Source: Octopus vulgaris (Eukaryota). From it: 64,000 bases of DNA. The stretch lies in contig OX597822.1 in NCBI GenBank assembly GCA_951406725.2, positions 67,456,001 to 67,520,000 of the forward strand. Reading direction: 5' to 3'. Position 1 is the stretch's first letter; every line of letters starts with the position of its first letter. The position numbers and the translations under genes were made by a program. Below, piece after piece: positions 52,687 to 64,000 of the stretch. The notes under the pieces were generated by a model that saw nothing but the letters and a program-made list of their open reading frames with translations, did not search any database and had not been told where the DNA came from.

Positions 52687-53937
52687 CAGGTTGAAGGTTG
52701 GTAATCAATATATTATTTAGCTACATCTGGATGCGTGTAGGTTCATTTTTGATAACATGCTCATGTATTGTTTATAGCAAAAAAAAAAAGAAAACGAGGT
52801 GAAGGAAAAAAAAGGGAGCTACACGTATAACACATAACTTAGAAGCAGCGCTTGGGATGTACCAGCACACACGAGATTGAGACATGGCCGACCTCACGCA
52901 CTTCTCATAAGGAATTCCGGAAGGAGCTTCATGAGACCACTGCTGAGACTCATCCGGAAAACAAAACAGAAAAGCCGTTGGAAAACCGATTATAGCGGCA
53001 ACTCCATCAATTCTTTGGATATCTGAAGAAGAAATTTTATCCCGAAATATCATATCAGACTATGGATGGTTAAATTACAACAGTTATTATAGTCCATTGT
53101 ATTATAGTGCAGTGTTGTGTCATTCAAAACATTTTATTCTTTAAAACCAATACACAGTGCTTCAAGCGAACTACAATACTCTCCTATCTCATATTATTCT
53201 CCAATGTTTTCAATATTTGAAATTTACCTAAATTAATTTCAATTTACGTGGATGCATTTAACACACAAACATATATGAGAGTTTATTTGAACGCGTACAT
53301 AAGTACATATATGTATATATAGCATTAGTTATCAAAATAATATTTTCTGTTTTGGTGTGCTGATTCCAAAATTACCTCAAATTTGCTCTATCACATCATA
53401 TTTTTGTGTCATCCGTGTGCCTTTATTTACCTGGAGCGTACCAAAAGTTAACTTTACACCACTATTTGTGAGAATTTTGGCTGGACTGTCATGCTAATTT
53501 TGAATACGTTCAAGCTGAGTTTTTCTTTAAAACCCTTCCCCTTCTTTTCAGGTGTGAACTGAATCACTGTGATCTAGTTATGGCTACAACATTGAAAAGA
53601 AGGACGTGCTGTAATGACCCCAATGCTTCTGTTACATCTGTAGTAACTTATCTCCACAGGATAAAAAAACTCATCGTTAATAACTTTGTCGATAAGGTGC
53701 ATTTTATTTACTTTAAAGTATCACCTGGAAACCAGGACAAAACCTAGGCTCCCCACAAAGTTTGCAAAACCTGTGTTGCAACTTGGTTTGATGAATTGCT
53801 TCATCAAAGCTCATGATTTCAGTGGAGACTGCTTCCAATATATATGTACAAACTTTCCAAGTTTCAGTAACGTGAAGAAGGCAGGAATATTTTATGGTCC
53901 TCAGATAAGAACACTCCTCGGGGATCTGCATTTTTTT

Positions 53938-54303
53938 TCTTTTCTTCTCTAGGCATAAGGCCCGAAATTTTGGGGGAGGGGATCAGTCGATTTGATCGAC
54001 CCCAGTACACAACTGATAATTTATTGACCCCGAAAGAATGAAAGGTAAAGTCGACCTCGGCCGAATTTGAACTCAGAACGTAAAGACAGACCACAAGGGG
54101 CTAAACACAGAGGGGACAAACAAGGACAGACAAACGGATTAAGTCGATTACATCGATCCCAGTGCGTAACTGGTACTTAATTTATCGACCCCGACAGGAT
54201 GAAAGGCAAAGTCGACCTCGGCGGAATTTGAACTCAGAACGTAATGGCAGACGAAATACGGCTACGCATTTCGCCCGGCGTGCTAACGTTTCTGCCAGCT
54301 CGC
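53938..54303 (-). mobile_element. SINE family A dimer inserted in the Chapaev3-like element
   Basis: Head gagctggcagaaacgttagcacgccgggcgaaatg and two body units. Confidence 0.88.
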
Positions 54304-54944
54304 GGAATGTACATTTTGTTACAGCAATGCGCGCGCGGAGGCTGGAGCTTGGAATGCCTCATCTAGTGTGATAAGGAAATTCCTAGGGAACATGGAAGCT
54401 GACATCTATCAAGAGATTGTGTAGGAGCTGTTCTTGACTTTGCAAGCACTTGGATGTAGAATGAGCATTAAACTGCACTACCTACCCTCAGTCACTTGGG
54501 TGACTTTCCAGAGAACGTGGTTGATGTTAGTGAAGAACAAGGTGAATGCTCTCATCAAGACGTGAAAGAAATGGAAGAGCGCTACCAAGGCCAGTGGGAC
54601 TCAAACAGCTGGAACTTGATGAGAGATATTACAGAAGCTGTGCACAAGAGATCGTCAAAAAAGAGGAAGCTCTTGCAGTAATAAGATGATCTGAATGAAT
54701 GACCAAAATGAAAAGAAACTATGTAGTAATATTCTGTTATCACCAAGGTTAATTCCTGCATGCTAAAGTGCATTTGCTCCAACAAGTCTGTGTTTTGTTT
54801 ATTAGATTTTAAAAAGTACATACTGTTTGTTAAAAACTGTGTTTACCTCTGTTTAATTCTTTCATTATAAGCATTAAATGGGCGTTCCTTGCAAAACTAA
54901 AAGATTATAGATTTATAGTAGCTTACCTTTCAACTTACCCTCCC

Positions 54945-55113
54945 AGGCACTTCAGTTCTGGGAAGAGGGTATTTTCAAGTTAAAGGAAAGATGGAGACGC
55001 ATTGTACAACAAAATGGTTCATATTTGGTTGATTAAATATGTAATAGTAAGCAAGTATTTATTGACCTTTTTCTTTCCTTTAAAAATTGGCACGAACTTT
55101 CCGGACAACCCAA
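54945..55113 (+). mobile_element. Mariner 3' fragment with TIR
   Basis: QFWEEGIFKLKERWRRIVQQNGSYLVD* (mariner C-terminus) followed by TIR-like acgaactttccggacaacccaa-ta. Confidence 0.8.
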
Positions 55114-55214
55114 TATATCTCAAAAATCTGATGCCAGATTTGGATTCAACACCCCATTTGGATTCAAAGCCATTGATAACACTTGTGCCAGAAAATGTGT
55201 TGACCCATGTAATC

Positions 55215-55271
<57 letters not shown>

Positions 55272-55294
55272 CGCCTTCTAATAGACACACACGC

Positions 55295-55356
<62 letters not shown>

Positions 55357-55524
55357 TACATATATATATGCATGTGTGTGTGTGTGTGTGTGTGTACTAT
55401 CAAGGCTATTTACCTGATAACGTGCAGGTACACACCTACTGCTGGATTATATTTACTTGTGTAATTATTCATAGAATAATTTATGTATTGGTTTAATATG
55501 GAAAACGATTGTAATATCCATCAT

Positions 55525-55597
<73 letters not shown>

Positions 55598-55624
55598 GAG
55601 AGAGACATAATGAGTAAAAGAGTA

Positions 55625-55960
55625 AAAGGTAAAGATCCCTTTCGGTCATGAATGAACATGGGATTGCACCTAGAAAGTTTCACTTAGAGGCACAGGTCCG
55701 GGCAAGGTTGTTTATGGAACACCAGCCATCACCTATGAATACCAGACTCCCCTCTCCACACCAAAGGAAGGGTAAGAGTTATCCAAGTGAAAGGCCGATA
55801 CAGCTTGGCACCAATAAGGTGGCAACTCGTTTCTACAGCTGGTTGAACTGGAGCAACGCGTAATAAAATGTCTTGCTCAAGAACATACAACACACACAGT
55901 CTGATCCGCGAATCGAACTCACTACTTCATGATTGTGAGCCTGACGCTCTAACCATTGCC
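55625..55960 (-). mobile_element. SINE family D
   Basis: tRNA-like head (tggttagagcgtcaggctcacaatcatgaagtagtgagttcgattc on minus strand), ttcttgagcaagac block, tail tcattcatgaccgaaagggatctttacc. Confidence 0.75.
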
Positions 55961-56121
55961 TTCACTTATTCCTGTGTGTGTATGTGTACATAGAGAAAGA
56001 CTAAGCGAAAGCGATATTTGGGTGTCTAAACACTGTGTGTATATATGGTACGTATGTGTATGTGTGTGTATATATATGGTGTGTGCGTGTATGTGTGTAT
56101 AGATTATGTACATACACATTC

Positions 56122-56460
56122 TTGGAAGCACTCCGTCGGTTACGACGACTAGGGTTCCGGTTGATCCGATCAACGGAACAGCCTGCTCGTGAAATTAACG
56201 TGTAAGTGGCTGAGCATTCCACAGACACGTGTACCCTTAACGTAGTTCTCGGGGATATTCAACGTGACACAGAGGGTGACAAGGCCGGCCCTCTGAAATA
56301 CAGGTACAACAGAAACAGGAAGTAAGAGTGAGAGAAAGTTGTCGTGAAAGAGTATAGCAGGGATCACCACCATCCCTGACGGAGCTTCATGGAGCTTTAG
56401 GTGTTTTCGCTCAATAAACACTCACAACGCCCGGTCTGGGAATCGAAACCGCGATCCTAC
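56122..56460 (-). mobile_element. SINE family C (head truncated)
   Basis: Near-identical reverse complement of 49520-49860. Confidence 0.9.
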
Positions 56461-56684
56461 ATGACTGTATGCATATGTTTATATATATATATGTATGTGT
56501 GTATGTATATATATATATATATATATATATACGACGGGTGCTTTTGTTTTAGTTTCCGTCTACCAACTCTACTCATACGCGATTGAGGTGATTGCTACGG
56601 CTGGAGCGTCTGGCATCAAAAGTCTCTTCAGTCCAGGCAAGCAAAGGGCTATACGATAAGTATAGCAACAGCAACAACTAATGT

Positions 56685-57030
56685 AGCTGATGCTGCTGAT
56701 GCTGCTGATGCTGCTCCTTCTATTGCTGCTCCTGCTACTACTACTGCTGCTGCTACTGCTGTTGTTACTACTATTATTATTACTACTCATATTTATACTT
56801 TTACGACTACTACTACTATTACTACTATTACTATACTACTACTACTACGACTACTACTACGACTACTACGACTACTACTACTACTACTGCTACTACTACT
56901 GTGCAACCACCCACACCAATACCAGGATCATACCTACAACAATACAGTTGCTACCACTGTAACATCAACACCACTGCTATCACCACTACAACGACCACCA
57001 ACAACAACAACACCAACAACGATTACTACC
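56685..57030. repeat. (GCT)n/(ACT)n/(AAC)n degenerate trinucleotide tract
   Basis: Direct reading. Confidence 0.9.
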
Positions 57031-57672
57031 ATTCGCATATTACACACTTTTAGAAATCTCACGCATCCAAATTACCAAAGATGTGCAGGTGGTGCAGCTG
57101 TGTAGAGACCCTAAGATGGCGTAATTTCCGCCTCCTTAACAAGATGCCTGCAGTCTGGAAGATTCTAGAAATTAATTCCGTGTGTAAGCGAATCATTTGT
57201 TCGGGTTTGGGGGCGACAAATTTCTAAGCTTGATGTCAAATGCCTTTTGCCTTTGGCCATTATCAGAGCCGATTATCGCTGCCTTAAAATTCGTCCCTTA
57301 GGGAGCAGTTGTTAATCAAATGTTCACTTAAATAACGCACTCTTAACGCACAGCTAAAATTGTTTTCTTGAATGTGTGAGTGATGTACGTAAGATATGTG
57401 TGTGTATGTGTGTGTGTATGTGTGTGTGTAAGTGTGTGTGCATGTGTGTGTTTCTGTGTATACTTGAGTGTATGTGTTTTCGTATGCGTGCGTGTGTTTG
57501 TGTGTGAGTGGTTGTATGAACATATACATACATATAATATATAGGTGTGTACGTATGCATGTATTTACATACTATATATATAAATATATATACATACATA
57601 CACACACACACATATATACCTATATATTACCTATACATATACTTAAGTGTGTGTATATATATATACACATGT

Positions 57673-57765
<93 letters not shown>

Positions 57766-57999
57766 TGCATGTATGTATATGCATATGTATGAATGTATGT
57801 ATATGCACGAACGCACATATACAGACATACATATATGTGCACATGTTAGTATGTGTGTGTGTGTGTGCGTTGGTGTGTGTATGTATGTATGTATGTATGT
57901 ATGTATGTATGTATGTATGTATGTATGTATGTCGCTTCTGTATTTAATTATTTAAATTCTCCCTCTGAAGAAGGAGCATGTATCTGAGAAACACACAAG

Positions 58000-59720
58000 G
58001 CTCCGTCTTTGGAATGCAGATGACGAACACAATGTCACATTTTAAACCTGAGAAAAGTCTTGCATAGTTTTACTGTTCCGCTTACACATTGTATTTGTAA
58101 CGTGCAAATCAGTTGGTTGATTCCTCTTTCTGAAAATCCAGAATGGCCGTTAGGTACTTACTTACACAACCCAAGTGTACCAATTATCATTAGTATGAAT
58201 GTAAATTTGTTATCCAGGTATAAAAGCTGGAGGTTTCGAAGCAGCTGCCCTTAATTATCTTTTTCCCCTTTGATTTTCAGAGATGTTCACATCAGCGGAA
58301 CAGCCGACCTCTATGACGGTACATACTTTTTGTCTGTGTCCCAAACAACAATATCCGACCTGCAATACTTACACTTGATAGATATTTTGATGGGAATATT
58401 CCAACAGTATTTCTTGCGCTGGTATTTGTGTACGTATTCAATAACGAGTATTCACTATGTTTATTCCAGGACAGCCTTTTTCCAAATGGCATTTCATATT
58501 GTTTTTGCGACAACGCCATGTCGCATAAGGAAGTAATTCCTTGACGACATTTTCGGGCAGCTGCTAATCTCATGTACTATGTCTTCCACAGAAATATGAT
58601 GTAATCTACATTTACGGTTGCATCATGGAACTCCAAAGGCTTCACTGTCACTTTTGTTGATTACGTATTTAACAGAAATCTCCTGTTGTTGGATTGGAAA
58701 TGTATAGCTTTCAGAATGTGATGCGGTGTAACAGTCCAAGAGAGTCCAAGAGAGGCTTCACTTCACGTCAATATTATCATCTTCTTCAAGTCTACAAGAA
58801 ATATGGCCATGCATGGTCTTTTTGTACGTGTAGGGATATGCTGAGCGTTTCAATCCAGGTCTTCTTTGACTTACACTTATCCAGCTGATTCGGGGTCGTA
58901 TGGGAGATCATCAGAAAGAGAGTACTTCCTGAGGAACTCCCTTCCAACACATGAGATATTGTTGTTTTCTTTTTCTTTTTCACTTTGCAGCACAAAGTAA
59001 ATGTATTTATTTTTGCTGCTGTTGTTTATCAAGTACTGTCTGCGAGAGAGACTATGTGACATTCAAATGTTGTTTGCACTGATCTCGAACTCCTAGCCCA
59101 CTCTATCTTTTCTTAGGTAAAGCCTGTCAATATCTCTATTTTTGTGGCGATTTCCAGTTGATGTTAGAATCTTGAGAGTTTTAATGTCTATGGAATGGAT
59201 TTCTTCTACAGACCAAGCATCCCTAATGTTGGAATCAGTACTGGTACTACAAATGCATTGTGGGATATTGCCTTGTAAGAGAAGAGTTCGGACTGCCATA
59301 TTTTTCTAAGTCTGGTGTAATATTCATGGGTTACTCCAGCTTTAGTCACAGTACCTTGGTACGATATATTTTCATCGATGCCAAGGTATTTGTAGCATTT
59401 TTATTTTGTGTGTGTGGGACAGGAGAGATAGCGGGACCACTGATGTAAAGATTTTGTGTCCAGGAGACTGATTTTCCCCGTTCAAGAAGTAAATAAGAAC
59501 ATTTCCATTCCTACTTCAACAGAAAATGTTATTATTAATTATAGTTATTCTTTGGCATTGTTAACAGTTTTAGCATAAATCTTGAGGTCATCTACAAACA
59601 AAGTATTGGTTACATTGAAATATCTTGCAATTTCAGAACCTAGCATGTAGCCATTTGTTTTGTTTGTTTGTTTTTTGTAGCAGGAAGAATAATAAGTTTA
59701 ACGCCAAAATGAACAGGCAA
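58000..59720 (-). mobile_element. Decayed R4/Dong-like LINE (RT end + REL endonuclease)
   Basis: Minus strand motifs LFVDDLKIYA (~59575-59605), YKYLGIDE (~59370-59395), WNIPIK...CRSDIVVWDTDKK (~58330-58405); many stops. Confidence 0.75.
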
Positions 59721-60756
59721 AATTTACAGAGATCACAAAAGTGACAGAGGGTGTTGACTAGCACCGTTTTTACTAACTCAAAAGTCAGGCATACATGAAG
59801 ATAGAAAAACACTCATAGATGTCAAGAATTGAATCATTTGAAATGGTACATATATCTCTTACATAATGAATTTAGACCATTAAAATAGTTTGAAAGATAT
59901 CGTTGATATCATAATGCACATTATGAATGCAGACGTTCAATAGGGGGCGATGTTTCACATATCAAATAATCAAAACTATTAATAACTCGTATAAAATTGA
60001 ATACGTATCTTCAAGCAGGTATCAGCGAACAGCTTCAGGAGGATGAGGGACAAATGCAATTGTGTTAGGCCACATCTTCAAGATGAATATTTATTTAACT
60101 ATTCTACCTGACTAGAATAAAGACCTACTGAATACCTACTCTTACTTTTCCTAGTTACTAGAATCAAAATTGCAGTCAATCAAATGGAAATACAAAATCT
60201 TTCAATCTTTGCCTTATTTTTACAGTCCGTTCTTACATTTTTATAATTTTATTTTTATTTTCATTTACATTTTTTAACGATTCCATTCTTATCTACACGC
60301 ATGAAACTTCTACTAACGCACATCACTGTTTCTTTTACGCCGCCAGTTGGTATTGCAATTCCTCTTTCTTTTCAATAGATTTCCTTTGATTTCCTGTCTT
60401 TTGATTTCTTCTCTATATTGCCTTCTGTTTTCCACCTTCTTCAATTCTTAGATTCACGACCTTTTCTTTGAAACTCAAGCCTCTCAAACTGACCTAATGG
60501 TTCTTTCATTTGTCTTTCATTCTCTCCTTCCTTTTATTTTTTCTTCATTCTTTTTCCTTTACTCCTCAGTCTCTCCTTCCCCTCCATGACTTTCTACTTA
60601 TATATATTTTACTCTTTATTTCATGTTCTTTCTCTTCTTTCCCTTCTTTTCCCATATTCACATCTGCATTAGTAATTGTCTCCCTTTAATCGGCCTTTAT
60701 TGATGCCTGTATTTATCATGAATACGTTGCTGACTACTTCCGCATTCAATACTCTT

Positions 60757-61042
60757 TTTTACGCTCTTTTACTTGTTTCAGTCATTTGACTGTGGCCATG
60801 CTGGAGCACTGCCTTTAATCGAGCAAATCGACTCCAGGACTTATTCTTTGTAAGCATAGTACTTATTCTATCGGTCAGTTTTGCCGAACCGCTAAGTTTC
60901 GGGGACGTAAACACACCAGCATTGGTTGTCAAGCGATGTTGGGGGGGGGGAGAAACACAGACACACAAACATATACACACACACATACATATATACATAC
61001 ATACATACATATATATACATACATACACACATACATACATAC

Positions 61043-61081
<39 letters not shown>

Positions 61082-61247
61082 TACGACGGGCTTCTTTCAG
61101 TTTCCGTCTACCAAATCCACTCACAAGTCTTATGTCGGCCCGAGGCTATAGTAGAAGACACTTGTCCAAGGTGTCACGCAGTGGGACTGAACCCAGAACC
61201 ATGTGGTTCGTTGGCAAGCTACTTCTCACACAGCCACTCCTACACCT
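60757..61247 (-). mobile_element. SINE family B, full length
   Basis: Same head, body and tail as other family B copies. Confidence 0.92.
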
Positions 61248-62094
61248 ATATTGGTTCTTGTAAAGAAGATGACCCATCTTGTAAAGATGGTACACGCCAG
61301 AATACATTCACGTATTAGTTTCATCCGAGTGGCTAATATATTGTGGGTGGGGGTTCTGCCTCATTATGTACACCTATTTACAAAATACCCATTTCAAGAT
61401 TAACCATTCGCCGCATGTTTGGAACAACTAAAAAGGATGTAACCCCATCCTGTAATATGTATATATGTAACATCTTATATAAATGAACTCATGCCTTCTA
61501 AAAATTACTTGTCCGTTTTTTCCTTATCTTTCTTACTCGCTGAACTCTGTATTTCTTGTCGCCAACCTTTTGTTCTACTGGACTAGTTTACTTTGAGTAG
61601 GAAGATGGAATTTAAAACTTCAACCTTTTCGAGAACCTCGTCGATGTTTATGAATGATTCATTGTTTTCTCAATGAATACATAGCTATCAATGAACATGA
61701 AAGACACCTGCCAGTTTTTCCCAGCGGTGGTATACATTTCAAAGACGAAATTCTTTGGGCCCTTTGTTCTAAAGAATAAGAAAGACTTTCTTACACGCAA
61801 ATGACAAACCTGGAGTACTTGTTATAAACTTCAAAACATCTGACAATCAAGTATTTCAAAGTCAACAATAATTGTATTTTGAAAGTACAAAAATAAAATT
61901 CTTTGCGTGGAGATGTTTCTCAAAGACACATGGATGTATCTGCTATCGACATAAAGATCGCACGTTCTTGCACTCGCGGTCGCTATACCGCATCACTCTC
62001 AGAAGGACATGCAGTGGTGTGCCAATAACAGAAGAGTGCTAAAAAATACCTGATGAGCGGAACAAACTGACAGCTGCTTCAAACTGGTCCTCTG

Positions 62095-62238
62095 ACGAGG
62101 GTTCCAATTGATCCGATCAACAGAACAGCCTCTTCGTGCAAGTGGCCGAGCACTCCACAGATACGCCTGCACTTAATGTAGTTCTCAAGAAGATTCAGTG
62201 TGACACACAATGCGACAATGCTGGCCCTTAGAAATACA
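62095..62238 (-). mobile_element. Family C-type SINE tail fragment
   Basis: gacgagggttccaattgatccgatcaacagaacagcc...gagcactccacagatacg. Confidence 0.7.
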
Positions 62239-62308
62239 GGCATATAGCTTAGTGGTTAAGAGCGCGGGCTACTAGCCCCAAGATTCCGAGATCTATTCCA
62301 GGCAGTGA

Positions 62309-62444
<136 letters not shown>

Positions 62445-62468
62445 AAGAAGAAGAAGAAGAAGAAGAAA

Positions 62469-63205
62469 AATCCCAGCAATAGTTGAGAAGCTCAGGACTC
62501 AAAGCAGAGACAGAGGGATTTTTAATTGCAGCACAAGACCAAAGCCTTCCCACCAGAAATTACCAAAAACATGTAATGAAAAGAAATATAACAAGTAACT
62601 GCAGAATATGTGGAGATGGACAAGAAACAATAAATCATATTATCTCTGGCTGCCCAGTCCTGGCTAAGAAGGAATATATTCACAGACATGACAGAGTTGG
62701 AACCTACATACACTGGAAGCTATGCCAACATTATGGAATAACAACAGAAAAAAGATGGTATAGGTACACACCAGAAAAGGTCACAGAGAACGAGAAAGCA
62801 ACCATACTCTGGGATATGCCGATACACACAGATAGAGAAATTAAGGCCAACAGGCCAGATATAGTTGTCAGAGATCATGAAGAAAAAAATGCTTTCTAAT
62901 TGATGTATCAATACCAGCAGATGACAACGTGTCTCTAAAAGAAATGGAGAAACTTTCAAAATACAAAGACCTGGAATTAGAGGTAACCAGAATGCGGAAT
63001 CTAAAAACAGAAACAATTCCTATCATAGTACGTGCATTAGGCATGATAAAAAAGTATTCAGACAAATACATAACAAAAACACCAGGACTTACAAACACAT
63101 ATAACATACAGAAAATTGCACTACTAGGCACTGCACACATCCTACGCAGAACACTTTCCATACAATAACCATCAGAGCATCACAACAAATCACAGCACAT
63201 ACCCA
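62469..63205 (+). mobile_element. 5'-truncated R4/Dong-like LINE (CCHC + PD-(D/E)xK restriction-like endonuclease)
   Basis: CRICGDGQETINHIISGC, HRHD, NRPDIVV...IDVSIP, EKLSKYKDL, GTAHILRRTLSIQ*; single frameshift in an A-run ~62885; flanked by (AAT)n. Confidence 0.9.
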
Positions 63206-63237
63206 AATAAAACTACTGAATGATAATAATAATAATG

Positions 63238-63310
<73 letters not shown>

Positions 63311-63312
<2 letters not shown>

Positions 63313-63811
63313 TGCGGTTATCATGTACATTGTTTTGTCTTGGTATAAAAGATGGGCTACAGCAAATATTCTGCTCAGTACCACAGATTTGCTTGTCAGT
63401 TGTTTGACCTTAACCAGTTGAACATGTCCCTTAGTGGCTGACGATATGTGCATCTCTGATCACGAGCAGAAGTAGTGGGGGAGCATCATAGCCATGTGTT
63501 GAGAGGGATTCTTTGGGGTTTGAATAGTTCACCTCTGGAAACATGGGTGGTTCTTTCAACATCCTTAAGCAACCCTTATTCAGGGACCTTTTGAGCGGGA
63601 TGGGCTACTCAACCTGAAGAAAATTCTAACTGGGCCCCACCTGCAAGGTCATGTGCTGTTTATCTTGTTATGAGATCACCATGTCGCGCACATATGGTTG
63701 TGATGCATGTGCCTGGTGTACCTTTATCAGACGGGTAGTCATGATGGGTATATTGGGCTTCGTATATTTTACCCCAGTGTCACTTTGATGGCATGAACTG
63801 CTCTCTCACTC
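63311..63811. mobile_element. ~500-bp non-coding insert bounded by (AAT)n on both sides (unclassified)
   Basis: Sharp boundaries between two pure (AAT)n tracts inside a family E SINE; no ORF. Confidence 0.55.
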
Positions 63812-63904
<93 letters not shown>

Positions 63905-64000
63905 AACAACAACAACACCATCGAAAAATACATTAGGAATGAGAACTCAGGTTCGAAATTTCTCCAAGACACATGATTAAGGCTGGAGGGTATATCAGCC

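Larger units (their letters stand above)
53330..55210 (+). mobile_element. Decayed Chapaev3-like (CMC) DNA transposon
   Basis: CCNDPN.FCYIC, QDKT*APHKVCKTCV, KAGIFYGPQIR, MSIKLHYL, FPENVVDVSEEQGECSHQDVKEMEERYQGQWD; subterminal tttggtgtgctgattcc / tttggattcaacacccc; family assignment from recalled motifs. Confidence 0.75.

Noticed and set aside
57963-58010. CTGAAGA-aggagc...gctcc hammerhead candidate
   Set aside because: No GAAA after stem II
62048-62092. CTGATGA-gcgg...ctgc hammerhead candidate
   Set aside because: GAAA core replaced (ttcaaac) and no convincing stem I; at best a dead copy

Overview
AT-rich animal genomic DNA with no intact host protein-coding gene that I can support. It is dominated by microsatellites (TA, TATG, GATA, AAT, CT, GAAA) and decayed transposable elements. 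The repeat landscape resembles a coleoid cephalopod (Octopus-like) genome, which is an inference from recalled repeat families, not a search. Recognisable elements: a 5'-truncated CR1-group LINE; several R4/Dong-like restriction-like-endonuclease LINE fragments; L1/Tx1-like ORF2 and ORF1 fragments; RTE and Penelope (GIY-YIG) relics; mariner/Tc1, hAT, Chapaev3-like and Helitron-like DNA elements; and at least five tRNA-headed SINE families (labelled A-E here). The most interesting signals: (1) family E combines a tRNA-like Pol III head, an internal (AAT)n tract, a type I hammerhead-ribozyme motif and Penelope-like inverted 5' copies; (2) its (AAT)n tract hosts two independent Dong-like LINE insertions; (3) two SINE-LINE 3'-tail pairs are visible inside the window, one with a Tx1/L1-like LINE; (4) family A forms ~184-bp tandem arrays with an invariant junction inside its own tRNA head; (5) further minimal hammerhead motifs are scattered through the window; (6) a repeat-poor island at ~8.8-13.5 kb may be a decayed multi-exon gene. 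Nearly all low-complexity ORFs in the supplied track are microsatellite artefacts.
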